A DNA stretch of 64,000 nt from Chrysomallon squamiferum (GCA_012295275.1 CM022671.1:25730001-25794000); one strand, 5' to 3'; counted from the stretch's first letter, positions 13,201-27,700 are shown. Numbers and translations are program-made. The notes: generated from the letters alone by a model not told the origin.

Positions 13201-16200
13201 TATTATTTATTTATGAAATACTTTGATCAGTTTAAACACTCTGCTCTCACTGATTATTTAGTTGAGCTTTTTTTGTATTCGAGTTTTCTATCTTATTTTC
13301 TTAATACCGGTGAACACATCTCACATAAGGGAGGCCACTCCAAATATACCAGTGAACACATCTCACATAGGGAGGTGACTCAAAATACCAGTGAACACAT
13401 CTCACATAAGGGAGGCAACTCTAAATATACCAGTGAACACATCTCACATAGGGGAGGCGACTCAAAATACCAGTGAACACATCTCACATAGGGAAAGTAA
13501 CTCTAAATATAGAAGTGAACACTTCTCGCATAAGGAAGGCGACTTTAAATATATCAGTGAACATATTTCGCATAAGGTTTTATTTATTTACTTTTTCTTA
13601 AGTCAGTCGGTATTCTCTGTTTTCTTTCTCAGTAATCAAATGAATTCAGTATGGAAATTCTTATCCTGCTAATCAATGCAGTCCACATACGATTTTGTAT
13701 TTTATTATGAATAAACTTTGAAAAGAATGCTGCATTTAAATAGTACCACGCTACATTCTGTTAAGTTAGTTCTTTTCTTTTTTATTCATTTTTGTTCATT
13801 CTTTAAGCTGCTTCAATATTTTCTTCTTTCTTTCTTTCCTTCTTTCTTTTCTTTCTATCCTTCATTCTTTCTTTTCGATCTTCCTTTCTTTCATTTCTTT
13901 CTATCTTTTCCATCTTTTATCTCCTATCTTTCATTCCATCCTTCCTTCTTTTTTCTACGTGCTACCATTTCTTTATTATTTATTTATGAAATACTTTGAT
14001 CAGTTTAAACACTCTTCTCTCACTGATTATTTAGTTGAGCTTTTGTATTCGAGTTTTCTATCTTATTTTCTTAATACCGGTGAACACATCTCACATAAGG
14101 GAGGCCACTCTAAATATACCAGTGAACACATCTCACATAGGGGAGGTGACTCTAAATACCAGTGAACACATCTCACATAAGGGAGGCAACTTTAAGTATA
14201 CCAGTGAACACATCTCACATAAGGGAGGCGACTCTAAATACCAGTGAACACATCTCACATAGGGAAAGTAACTCTAAATATAGAAGTGAACACTTCTCGC
14301 ATAAGGAAGGCGACTTTAAATATATCAGTGAACATATTTCGCATAAGGTTTTATTTATTTACTTTTTCTTAAGTCAGTCGGTATTCTCTGTTTTCTTTCT
14401 CAGTAATCAAATGAATTCAGTATGGAAATTCTTATCCTGCTAATCAATGCAGTCCACATACGATTTTGTATTTTATTATGAATAAAAGTTAAAAGAATGC
14501 TGCATTTAAATAGTACCACACTTCATTCTGTTAAGTTAGTTCTTTTCTTGTTTATTCATTTTTGTTCATTCTTTAAGCTGCTTCAATATTTTCTTCCTTT
14601 CTTTCTTTCCTTCTTTCTTTTCTTTCTATCCTTCATTCTTTCTTTTCGATCTTCCTTTCTTTCATTTCTTTCTATCTTTTCCATCTTTTATCTCCTATCT
14701 TTCATTCATCCATCCTTCCTTCTTTTTTCTACGTGCTACCCATTTCTTTATTTTTAATTTATGAAATACTTTGATCAGTTTAAACACTCTTCTCTCACTG
14801 ATTATTTAAAGTTTTCTATCTTATTTTCTTAATACTGATTGAACACATTCACATAAGGGAGGCCACTTTTCCAAATATACCACTGAACAGTTTTCACATA
14901 TCTTATTTTCTTAATACCAGTGAACACATCTCACATAAGGGAGGCCACTCCAAATATACCAGTGAACACATCTCACATAAGGGAGGCGACTCAAAATACC
15001 AGTGAACACATCTCACATAAGGGAGGCAACTCTAAATATACCAGTGAACACATCTCACATAGGGGAGGCGACTCTAAATACCAGTGAACACATCTCACAT
15101 AGGGAAAGTAACTCTAAATATAGAAGTGAACACTTCTCGCATAAGGGAGGCGATTCTAAATATATCAGTGAACATATTTCGCATAAGGTTTTATTTATTT
15201 TTTTTTTTCTTAAGTCAGTCGGTATTCTCTGTTTTCTTTCTCAGTAATCAAATGAATTCAGTATGGAAATTCTTATCATGCTAATCAATGCAGTCCACAT
15301 ACGATTTTATATTTTATTATGAATAAACTTTAAAAGAATGCTGCATTTAAATAGTACCACACTTCATTCTGTTAAGTTAGTTCTTTTCTTTTTTATTCAT
15401 TTTTGTTCATTCTTTAAGCTGCTTCAATATTTTCTTCCTTTCTTTCTTTCCTTCTTTCTTTTCTTTCTATCCTTCATTCTTTCTTTTCGATCTTCCTTTC
15501 TTTCATTTCTTTCTATCTTTTCCATCTTTTATTTCCTATCTTTCATTCCATCCTTCCTTCTTTTTTCTACGTGCTACCATTTCTTTATTATTTATTTATG
15601 AAATACTTTAATCAGTTTAAACACTCTTCTCTCACTGATTATTTAGTTGAGCTTTTGTATTCGAGTTTTCTATCTTATTTTCTTAATACCGGTGAACACA
15701 TCTCACATAAGGGAGGCCACTCTAAATATACCAGTGAACACATCTCACATAGGGGAGGTGACTCTAAATACCAGTGAACACATCTCACATAAGGGAGGCA
15801 ACTTTAAGTATACCAGTGAACACATCTCACATAAGGGAGGCGACTCTAAATACCAGTGAACACATCTCACATAGGGAAAGTAACTCTAAATATAGAAGTG
15901 AACACATCTCACATAAGGGAGGCAACTTTAAGTATACCAGTGAACACATCTCACATAAGGGAGGCGACTCTAAATACCAGTGAACACATCTCACATAGGG
16001 AAAGTAACTCTAAATATAGAAGTGAACACTTCTCGCATAAGGGAGGCGATTCTAAATATATCAGTGAACATATTTCGCATACGGTTTTATTTATTTATTT
16101 TTTCTTCAGTCAGTCGGTATTCTCTGTTTTCTTTCTCAGTAATCAAATGAATTCAGTATGGAAATTCTTATCATGATAATCAATGCAGTCCACATACGAT

Positions 16201-16605
16201 TTTATATTTTATTATGAATAAAATCTGAAAAGAATGCTGCGTTTAAATAGTACCACGCTTTGTTCTGTTTCCTTAGACTTTTCTTTTCTTTTCTTATTCA
16301 TTTTTGTTCATTCTTTAAGCTGTTTCAATATTTTCTTTCTTTCTTTCTTTCCTTCTTTCTTTTCTATCTTTCTTTCTTTCTTTTCTTTCTCTCTTTTCCA
16401 TCTTTTATTTCCTATCTTTCATTCCATCCTTCCTTCTTTTTTCTTCGTGCTACCATTTCTTTATTATTTATTTATGAAGTTCTTTAATCAGTTTAAACAC
16501 TCTTCTCTTACTGATTATTTAGTTAAGCTTTTGTACTCGAGTTTTCTATCTTATTTTCTTAATACCAGTGAACACATCTCACATGAGGGAGGCCACTCCA
16601 AATAT
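10236..16605. repeat. Hierarchical composite tandem array: eight units, each a cluster of 40/42-bp subrepeats plus ~0.5 kb of AT/pyrimidine-rich spacer
   Basis: The anchor taatcaatgcagtccac occurs at 10473, 11326, 12097, 12896, 13670, 14441, 15282 and 16177 (periods 853, 771, 799, 774, 771, 841, 895). Subrepeat consensus ccagtgaacacatctcacataagggaggcaactctaaata(ta). Confidence 0.97.
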
Positions 16606-17034
16606 GCGGTATTCTGGAAAGCATTCTAGGTTTCACTAGAATATATATATTTCAGCAGGTGTGCGTGTTCATGTGCTTGTGGAGCGATTTCATAATTTTA
16701 TCTACTGTGTCTCTGTCCATGGTGTTACGTCTGTGTGCGTGTTTCAATAAGTTGGTTCATTCATTAATTTATTACAATTATTTCCTGGTTGAGTGGAATA
16801 TACGTAACGTTAAAATAAAATAAATTCAATTAAAACTGTTCACGCTTAGGCGGAATATCAGAGCTACCGACGACAGAAGACTCCACGTGATCCGCCCATT
16901 CTTTCCGGGCACTTTTCTCTATAACCAAGAGCAGGAGCTGCAGCAGTTACTTTTCCGAGAAGAATCTTGTCTGCATTCATCTAGCGAAGTCTTACGTACA
17001 GCTTGACTACAAACAGAAAAATCAAACAGTCGTA

Positions 17035-17235
17035 ATGTCTGTCGTTCTTCCAATCCAGCTGACTCTTGTTTTAACACAGAACTACATGTCCTTCGTCAAC
17101 GATGAGGAATTTGGTTTCACCAAAACATTCAACTGTCGTCCGATACCTGAGAAGTTTCTTGACGACAGAACTGTTTTTTCAGACTTTGTGAGTCTACAAC
17201 ATGACTGTTCGTCTCAGAGGTTTTTCTGCTGCTAG
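17035..17235 (+). CDS. Orphan short ORF, 66 aa, paralog of 2474-2674
   Basis: Same length and frame; by eye 3 synonymous and 3 non-synonymous differences (T7I, E15Q, E61Q). Confidence 0.22.
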   Translation: MSVVLPIQLTLVLTQNYMSFVNDEEFGFTKTFNCRPIPEKFLDDRTVFSDFVSLQHDCSSQRFFCC

Positions 17236-18116
17236 TTTTTACTTCATTCCGAAAACATGGCAAGAATATTTGCAACATTGGCGGCTATGGATTTTCTTGG
17301 TATGTAAAAGAAAGAAAGGAAAACACAGGAACTGGAAGAAGAAAAAAGCAAAACTGTACCGAGTAGAGATGAACAACAGGCATGAAGATTGTCGTTAATT
17401 TTGTAGCACCAATGTTTTATTTTACATCTTTAGGTTTTGATTATTTTGACTTTTTCCAACACCATTGTTTTGGTTGTTTTGTACATAGTATGTGTGTGTG
17501 TGTGTGTGTGTTTATATTATGTTAATTACTATAACTTTGACATTTTTACATTTTGATTGTAATTTTAACAGTAATCTTGATGATTACTGTAAGTTTTACA
17601 ATGTTTAGAGCTGAAAATTAGTTTAGTTCTTATTCAAGCTCATTACAAATAATATGAAATTTTACAGCATCTGTATTTTGGTTGCTTAGTTTCTTTGTAA
17701 AGCATGTAGAGATTATAACTATTTCGAGATTTTAGAACAGGCGGTTTTGGCTGCTGTGTTGTCTAATAATGGACTTGCTGATTACTGTTGCTCTGATACT
17801 GTTTTTTGAATCAAGAGTATTTGAATTCCATTATTTACAGTATACATGTACATTACAATCGGTTTTCATTTGTTAATTTTCAGTAAATTATTTAGTTACA
17901 TTTCTGTTTTGTTTTCATTTGAGAAAAGTTAAATTTTGCCTTCTATTTTATAAGAAGCTCACGTGCTTAGATTTATAATTATATCGACTCCGCGTTATAA
18001 TTCATAAATGTATGTCTGTGTTAATACGTTATTGTTCGCAGTCTCTTTTTGTGACAGCAGTCCGGTTGCTGTAAACAACAGAGTTTGAAAGCTCAGGGCT
18101 TATTTTTATTTCTTAA

Positions 18117-19623
18117 CCCCCAAGTCGACGCGTCTGTGTTTGCGGTTGTTTGTGTCGTAGTCTGGAAAGACCCCATAAACGTTTCAAAGGTACACACAAA
18201 AAAAAAAAAAATAAATTAAAATCAAGCCACATTATCAATGAAGAGCATATATTTGATAATGATTCCAATGTATAAACTATTTTTTTTTTCCTGACCTAAT
18301 GAACTCATATAACAGAACAGCTACACTATTGTCTAAAATACGAAGATTCATGAAACGTTCTCAGTCACAAAACACTGTATGTTCTTCCGGGTTACCTCCG
18401 GCGACAACAGTGGAAATTGTTTCATGGTCTGATGGTTTTGTATGCAGTACGTGAAAGGCAGACAAATCAAACAATCTATTCACAGCAAAATAAATCATTA
18501 AAAGATAATGAGACCCCTGTCCATTTTCTAATTTCTCATTGCCCATGCGTCCTGTATGTATACATTTTCATTATACAACGTGTGGCCTGTGGCCCATTTC
18601 ATACCTCATTCTATGAAATGATTTCGAGATGAGGTTTGCAATATGACCAAAACTGAGCTTAAAAAAACAATGAATTTAGTAAATAATAGAGAACAATTTC
18701 CAAAGCGTTACAGTTACCAAGTTGCCAACAATTTTCTAGATTGGTTAGCTTAACACACTGATAGGCCTGTTCCTACTCGAAGTCAGTGAACGTAACAGAG
18801 GCTGAGCTATGCTCCTTGCAAACGTTTTTGCCACACAGTTTGCAGATCATCTGTGATTTTCTGTCCTGGTTTCTGGGACACATGAAGCACCTTCTCTTTT
18901 TAGGTGGTCCTTCAGGGTTTACCCGATCCCTTTTCACAATACTGTACTCCAAGGCAATAAGAGCAAGCTCGGCTCCTTTCTGGATGGCTCTGATTCAGTC
19001 GGCTGATTCCCACGTTCTGCCAGGAAGTCTGGTAGTCTGGAAATTTTACTGCTACTGCTGCTACATCTAACACGCTGAAGAAAACACATCGCATGATCTT
19101 CCGTCTACATGTATAAAGTGTAACCAAGTGGTCCAGGTTATCTACTCCTCCCTTTGTAGAGTTGTAGCAGAGAGTACATTTTTCATGATGCTGACTAGTC
19201 AGACAGGTATCACTTTTGTTCTGTTCTATTCTCACTCAAAACATCATAATTTGTTAATTTTATGTCATATATCTTGACACCATAATAAATAGATGATACT
19301 GGTGCAAAGGTTTCTATTTTTACTTAGCTGATTTTCTGTGGAAAAAGTTCATCTGTATGATCTAGTTGACTTCTGTATGATTTATGTGTGGCTTCTTTTC
19401 AAAATTCCCAGTAGATGGAGTAACTTCAACTTCTTCTAGAAAACAGTAAACTCTGGGGTCTGGGTAGAACGTGGTTTCTGACTTTTAGGCCAAATTTACG
19501 TAGAATGAGTCACGTGATCCACAATCATGACAGTGACCAAAGAGGGGGCATGTCACGGAAAGGCAGGCAGAGAACAGTTCACGTTTACGAGTTTTCTACA
19601 GACATTTCTGTGTGGCTTAAGGG
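18117..19623 (-). mobile_element. Decayed piggyBac DNA transposon, copy 2
   Basis: TTAA at 18113-18116 and 19624-19627 with the same termini as copy 1. ORF 18912-19235(-) contains YNSTKGGVDNLDHLVTLYTCRRK; the Cys-rich tail ends at 18773. Confidence 0.8.
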
Positions 19624-19710
19624 TTAACTGTATATTTGAAACCTTTGATTTTAAGGGGGTTATTCCTAATTGCTTTAATTTTTAAGAAACCGTTTTTATT
19701 TTACTGAAAA

Positions 19711-19781
<71 letters not shown>

Positions 19782-20701
19782 ACTTGTCAGTACCAAGTTT
19801 CCCACAAAAGACAGGTGCACGCAAAAATGACAAAGGACAAAGAACTGCGTGCTTCCTGGGAAGCGATGATTACCCTCGGTTACTGAGCAACGTTTATTAA
19901 GACAGTCTTGATGGCCGGATGATAACGTCTTCGGAATGCGGGCGACCGGGTGCCGTACGTTCGAGTCTCGTGAGCGGCCTCTGACGGAGTTTGTGAGGTC
20001 GTGATTAGATTTGATCCTCCTGTGCCAGTGCGTTCCCGAAAATAATCAGATGTAAATAAGTCAGAGAATATTCAAAATCCTGAAAAACATACATAGATAA
20101 CAATACGAATCTGGGAATCACCGCTCTGCAGAATAGAGACACAGAGAGAGAGAGAAAGATGCTGGATTATTCAGATAAGCTTACCTTTGAAGACAGAATA
20201 ATATACAAAAATAAGTAACAATTAAAACATTTTTAAAATAATATATTTGTATGCTTACGTAAATTAAAAATATATTAAAAATTGATATTGTTTCAAAACA
20301 GGCAGAACGTTGACTGGATTTAATTTATAAACAAACTTGTCTTAAAATTAGTTCGTCAAGAATTAAGATTCTTTTTCATACATCGGATTCTCAGTAGTCA
20401 TCTTATAAAACAGCATATTCAGTATATTTTATTTATTTATTTTTTAATTACTGTTAAATCACATATATCGTTGAGGACTACACAGAAAAGAAACTCGCTA
20501 CGTCTAGTTAGTCTTTTACTGTTAGCAACAATATATATTTTGATTTGTAACCACAAAATATATAAATATACTGAATCTCATGCAATAGTGTAGAATGGGA
20601 TCCAAAAACCATTGGAGGCAATAAATTCGAAATCTCCTTGTGCCAGACAGCTCAAAACAGTTTCAAATTAAGGAGACACACACGCACACACGCACATAAC
20701 A

Positions 20702-20789
<88 letters not shown>

Positions 20790-21407
20790 CATATATATAA
20801 ATAGGCAAAATACCCCGATATTCTCCCAGGTCTATGTAGGCATCTTGCCCCGTCCTTACAACATATAAATACGTTTTCTTGTAAAAGGCAAGAGAAAATT
20901 ATTCATAAAATCAGTCAACAATAGACAAGATCCTTTCACGGGAAACATCAGACACATTCGGATTCATCTGATGTGGAGACGGTGGACTAGCTAAATAAAC
21001 AGAAATATGAATTTTACTGAAATCACGAAGAAAATCGCTCTGTTTGTTACCTTTTCTTCTAGGTAAATTTTGAAACGGAACTAATAAAATACCAGTGCTT
21101 CATTCAGGTGGTTGGCATTTGATCAGGACTAGCTTTCTCTTCCTGCTGTCAGATTTTTTTTTTTTTTTTTTTTTTTTTTGATACTAGAAAGGCCTGTTCA
21201 AAATGGTCACTATGGAAACAGGTTATGATCTAAATTGTCAACAATTGGCCGACCGGTTTTTTTACGGGTTTGATTTTACTACTAATATTCGTTCTACCTC
21301 CTATTCCACAAGAGTGAGAACCGAATTATGAATATTTAAATGATTCAAAAGATAAATCGTTCTAAATGTGTTCAAATATATAACCTTACAGATTCCAATT
21401 AATTCTT

Positions 21408-21439
<32 letters not shown>

Positions 21440-21719
21440 AAGAAGTAAAAGAAGGAAAGAAACAGGTTTGTTAAAAAAATTCTTGTTTTATTTGTTCATA
21501 CAAGTGTGTAAAATGTTCGATAATCACTTACGTTTTATACTCATCTGAACTGACAGGCAGGTATGTACGTATCGTGTACGCATTTATAACTATATCGAGT
21601 CCGTGTTGTAATTTTTAAACGTTTATAAACGTCACAGGTTTTCTCACTTCATAAATATATATCTGGTGTTAACAAGTTAATGTACACTGACAGAAAATCA
21701 AACAGGTTACCACGTATAT

Positions 21720-21751
<32 letters not shown>

Positions 21752-21896
21752 CAATGTCGTGCACACAACAGCGTTTGAAAGCACAGTACTTGATTTTTAG
21801 TTTTTAACTGAATGTTGGACATTTTTTATTTTAAGTGGGTGATTCCAAATTTTGCTTTAATTTTTAGAAAAACCTAAAATTGTTTTTAATTTACCG

Positions 21897-21953
<57 letters not shown>

Positions 21954-22544
21954 GTGAAATTACTGAATCATGACTATATCGATTAAATCAATTTTGCGAC
22001 TGAACAATATTATTTATTAAAATTACCAATCCTTCTTCTTCTACGACTACAATTGTTGTTTAGTAGCAACATGAAAATTATTATTATTATTATTTGTAGT
22101 AGTAGTAGTAGTAGTATTAGTATTGGTTTTTTAAACATAGAAACTTTTTTTTTAGTAAAGAAAAAACATTGTATTTTATTAATTATACTAATATTTAAAA
22201 TGAACAGACGACTTTCTCAAACTGACACACTACAATTCAGAAAATCATTTTAAAATAAACCTCCTGATTCTACAAAACGCTGTATTATGTTTTACAGGGG
22301 TTTTTTTCTTCTGTATTTATTATGTGTGCAGATACCGCAGTGGTTTCAACTATAGATAACATTAAGGACAGTACTGGTGTATGCTGCATTCTGATGGTTA
22401 CGTCGAGAGTATGCTGGCTTTTTAGAAATTTCTGTGCTGTATCACTTTAGAAAAAGTGTGAAGACGGCATGCATTAATAATAATAATAATAAAAAAAAAA
22501 AAAGGATAATAAAAATCGTAATTGTATACAGTATTCTTTATTAT

Positions 22545-22584
<40 letters not shown>

Positions 22585-25500
22585 CTTCTTGTTCGTTTTA
22601 TTTTACATTACAGACAAAAAGTTTTCATAGATTGAGTCTATGTACGTTTCCAGTTTTTTTTTTTTTAAAGAAACTGGATTTATAGGTAAGGGTTTGAATT
22701 TATCTTCAAGTTCGTACAGTAGTACAATTTAGTTGTTGTTTCTCCTCTTCTTTTTTTTCTTCTTCTTTTTTTTTTTAATTTAATTTAATTTAATTTATTT
22801 ATTTTAGACAGACATTTGCAATTCAAAACTTACTTCTATTTATTAGAACAAAAGATGTAGGTAATCCTCAGATTAGACAATGGCCCTGAAAGTAGTGAAA
22901 TTGACAAGGTTGTAAATATTGAACCCTTGGAAGGTTTGAAAGATTACTGTTATTTCTTTAGTTGTATTGACATCAGGTCAGTAGTACCTTACAACATTTA
23001 GAACATAAAATCAATGATTAAGTTCAGCAGAAAAAAAAAAAAAAAAAAAAAGAAAATAAAAGATTAAGATGTGGTATTTAGGCAGGAAATGTGCACTGTT
23101 TTATTGCACTTAGGAATATTCTGGCCACCAAGGATAGAGTAAACATTCTACCTTACCCTTCATAGTTTTCTCATTTCTTAAAAGAAATAATGTTTATAAA
23201 ATGTGAATTGATTAGGTAAAGACAAGAAATAATTTAGGCAAATCAGGGATGTTCAATACATAAGAAACAAATCATGAAATAAAACTACATAAACATCAAT
23301 TTCCCCACCCCCACGAGTAAAAAAATTTAACAGGATATATAAAAATATATCTCAGTCTCACCAGTTCCTGAAATTTAAGATTTACAAAAAATAAAACCAA
23401 CAAAACTTTCAAAATTTTCATTATGTTTTTTTTTTTTTTTTTTTTTTTAAATTGTTTTATTTTATTGCAAATCAAGTTGTGTACAATGAAGAAAATCTAG
23501 ACAATATACGCCTCTGAGCCATGACATAAGAAAACACTGGAGATCTAACAGTAACACACAGCTATTTCTTTGTAACAACATGCAACCAAGCAAACCACCT
23601 GCCAAAACCACCGACCACCTCGGTTCACAGGTATCGGTTCTGTTCCTTGAAAGAAGTGTGTGCATATACATTGTTTTACATACTTGTTAAATTAAATATT
23701 AAAATTAAATTATAGACAATAACATTTTAATATTTGACAATTGCTTATCATTTTGTAAACATATGTGAATGAATATTTAATACCTTTTTTTTTCATTTTG
23801 AAAAAAAAAAAAAAAAAAAAAAATTATCACACATGAACACACATGAACACTCACAACACACACACACACACACAAAATAAACAAAAAATCTACGGCTTTT
23901 TGAAAACCAATGCAAGTTAGAATTATATTTATAAATGTTTGTATTGAAGAAATTGTTTATGTGACAGGTGTTTGAAGCTGTGAAGCCAGTTGGCCGGTGA
24001 GTGCAGCAGGTGTAGGTGACAATAACAGACTCTTGTGGTTGTCCACTTTCAAATACAACACAGCTCATTTGAAATCTGCTTCAACCATTCCTAAATCTAG
24101 AGTAACTTTTCAGATTGTTCATAATGATTAAAAATACACTTTTTACTTTTCTTTTTTCCCACATTTACAGCATAATTAAGAAAATAACAAAAAAAAAAAA
24201 AAAAATGTTTAGATGAACATTCAACCATACGTTTTATTTACCCCAAATATTTTAGCTGTTTTAAAAAAATATTTAAATTTTTGTACTCGTGCAAATTTTT
24301 TTTTTTTTTTTTATACAATCAGACAAAAGCATTTTTTTTTTTTTTAATTTTTTTTTTTGATATCTTGCTAGTCTGATGATCATAATTAACAAAGTAATTT
24401 TTTGAATTATCTAATTGTACATTTGAAATAAATTACCTCTCTACAGTCATTAACATACATATAGTAAAAGCAATGTTGCAAAATTATGCCTCAACATCAA
24501 AACACAAAGAAAGAAAAAAAAAGAAAGACCATTTTTTTTTTAAATGTTTTTGTTTATACAATATTACAATGTCCAGCACCTTCAGATATTAATAGTTATG
24601 TAAAAAAAAAAAAAAAATAATAATCAGTGATCCAATCTAACTACACCTAACCATCTATCACATTCAAGCAAAAAATTATTTTTAAAAAAACATCTAGCTA
24701 TGAGCTATGTCAAGCCTTCACTCAGTAACAACATCAGAAATCTGGCCCAACAGTCTTAAAAACACTTTGAACTGTACTTGAAAACCTTGCATGGAAAGTT
24801 TCAGTCAAGGCAAATATATTTCTTGTGAGTGTTTTTTTTTTTAATTTTTTTTTTTTTTTTTTTTTTATTTTTTTTTTATAGAAGAAGTATGGTACAAGAT
24901 GCAGAGAAAATCCACCATACAGGATTTTCATAATATAATAATATTAATAATGATAATGTGTATATATATATATATTTATATTTATACTGCACAACATACA
25001 TAATGACTGGAAATACATCAGAGGTAGCTTTTCACCTGTTCATTTTTTTTTTTAATGTTTTTTTTTTTTTTTTTTTTTTTTTTTAACTTTTGCCATCCTA
25101 CACACCATCTGGTCTACATAGTGAAAAATATACATGGTGGAGTTATGGTTCAAAGAGTTAATTTAAAAAAAAATTAAAAAAATGTTACGTTACTAAATAC
25201 TTAGGTTGTTAGGCATAATATATATGCACTATACAGAAGTCATTATATTTTGAATTAAATAAAAAATATAATTTTAAAAGGTATATTGATTTGGAAACAG
25301 AAAATTAAAGAGAATCATTAACAGAATAGAAACTGTAGAAAAAAAAAAAAGAAAAAAAAAACGTTATATATAAAATCTGTTTTAAAAACATTATAAATAT
25401 GAAAATAAACAGTTTTATGGTACTTAACAGTCTGATAGTAATAATGTGTTTATTGGGTGACCTGTTCTACAGCATTTTCTACTGTCTACACTGAACTGAA

Positions 25501-27659
25501 TCCATTGGTAGAAAAATGGTGACAGTAAGAATACAGAGTATGTTTTACCTAACAGCAGCAGATTACATCAGAACTGAGACTGAACATGACTTGGCTAGGT
25601 ATACAGCAGACAATCAGTGTCGAACTGTCAGCTGGTAATTTATCTTTTATTTTATCTATTATAAAATAATATATATATAAAAAAATTTTTATTAAAAACT
25701 TGTTTTTGATTTTATCCATACAATACTACTTTCAAACTGCTGCATATAACAAATTTCAATTTGAACAGAATCAAAAAATATAAATAAAATAAAATAAAAT
25801 AAAATAAAAAGCTTCAACTGAATTACAGTTTTTTTTCATTTGAGCAAAATACTCTATAAAGACCAAAACAAAAAACAAAAATACATAAAATTTTAGTTTT
25901 AAATCTAAATTTCTGTATTCCATAATCTAAACATTATTATGTAACACTGAGTTCATATGATGAATATTTTTTATTTTGAACGCCAAACATAGACACTGGA
26001 AATCTTTCTGTTTAACCAGCCAAGTTCAAAGAGCAATGACTACAGAAAGTTTAATTATACATTTATAAAATGGCAGGAATAGGTGCAACATGAATAGAAC
26101 CTAACATCAGTCAACAGACAACCACAAGGTAACAATATACAAAACATTCAATGCATATTTACAAGTAATACTACACTGGAATGGCAAAGATTTTCTGAAG
26201 AGAGAAAAAAAAATTAAAATCCAAGACTTAAACATTCTAACGAATTACCTCCCTTTACTGATTTTCTTTTGTTTTGAAGAGAGGATTGTGTCTTGCATTT
26301 ACAATTACTATGTTTGGCAGTATCAGGTGTTCATGTTTGACTCGAATCCACACAAAACTGTGAACACAAACAAGTAAAACATTTACAGTGCAGTATCCAA
26401 CAAGTTCACACAGCAGAAATGGTTTAAGCCAAAGTTTACTCAAGTTTGTCTATAATAATAAATGAAAATTGTTTTAATGCAGTGACAAATTACTCTGAAT
26501 TCGTCAGTACATGTAAACTTGATCATATTTATCTAATTTTGAAATGTATACACTAAAATATCGTACTATATTTATCACTGGGTCTTTTCAAATAATTATT
26601 TATGTGAAAATTCATTAGTTAATCTTTAATTTTTAGTTGCACTTTAATCTCTTTTTTTTTTATAACAAATGGGTGCACACAAAAAAAACAGTAACAGCTC
26701 AAAGGAAACATTGGTTGTAAGTTAATAAACCTATCACCAGCGCAATACTGTTATAGTTTAATATTAATTCACTGATTTTAAAATTATAATAATTTCTAAA
26801 AGAAAACATTATACAGAGTTGAAATATTATTTTAAAAACAAATTCTGAATAAAACAAAATTAGGTGAAAATATAATCAAATTAAAATTACATAAAAAATA
26901 ATAAAATAAAATAAATAAATAATGTCAGTATATATTATGTAATGCTGCTTCTTATCAGTATTCAATTACATCGATTTATTATTTAAATGTTCTTTAGCAG
27001 CACATCCAAATAGGCTACAGACATTTTGTAAACATCCAAACTACTGTTTTTTCAAATTCAATTCTGGTATCTCAAATTTTTGCTGATAATATGAAAAATG
27101 GTGAATAATTTAACAAAGCTAATAGAGAAATGTATATAAAAAAAATGTTCAGACTGAGTATATCAATGATTTACTCAGTCTTTCAAGGTATTTATTAAAA
27201 AAAAAAATAATAATAGCTTGGTACTGTATACAAGACATTTGTAGACAATTTACTTTATTTTTGAGTGTGTGTAAGCTGTATCAGATACATTTTAAAATGT
27301 TTTTTCCTGTTTATGTTCACTTTGTGAAAAGGTTCACTGACCAAATATCACATGACATTCTCTCCCCAACACACGATATAAAAATACAAACACTGATTTC
27401 CATTCACAACAATGTCCATTCGAAATTATTTCTCACTACATTTTGTTTTTGTTTTTGTTTTTGTTTTTTTAAATTCATTTTTTTTTTTTCAATGTTTGTC
27501 TCACACATTATAATACAAATTCATTTTTATTTCATTTATTATTTCTACATGGCTAAAACACATTCAAATGACATTTCATTGTGCATAATCATTGTCAAAT
27601 TTGCACGTTATTTGTACTGTACAATTTCATTCTGAATCATATATGTTTAAAATTAATTT

Positions 27660-27700
<41 letters not shown>

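Larger units (their letters stand above)
16604..25206. repeat. Segmental duplication B-A-C, right copy (~8.6 kb), contiguous with unique DNA downstream of NLK
   Basis: Colinear with 2043-10237. After ttaggt (25206) the sequence is unique in the window. Confidence 0.95.

Noticed and set aside
10836-16176. His-rich (SEHISHKGG) and minus-strand CxxC (PPLCEMCS) repeat ORFs in the array
   Set aside because: Alternating 40- and 42-bp units shift the frame continually and the CxxC frame lacks paired histidines. These are translation by-products of the minisatellite; a remote zinc-finger origin cannot be supported.
10236-16605. CRISPR-like appearance of the 40/42-bp clusters (constant core, variable tail, polar decay)
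   Set aside because: The variable tails are homologous to each other and recur in every unit rather than being unique spacers; no cas genes; context is a spliced animal gene.
17201-17398. Resemblance of AASFYFIP...RKKGKHR to Reaper/Grim-type IAP antagonists
   Set aside because: The motif is internal rather than N-terminal as required for IAP binding, and the paralog has a premature stop; likely chance.
22545-22605. Minus-strand AATAAA followed by a long A run, suggesting a retrocopy tail
   Set aside because: Such homopolymers are ubiquitous in this window; no target-site duplication or intronless coding sequence.
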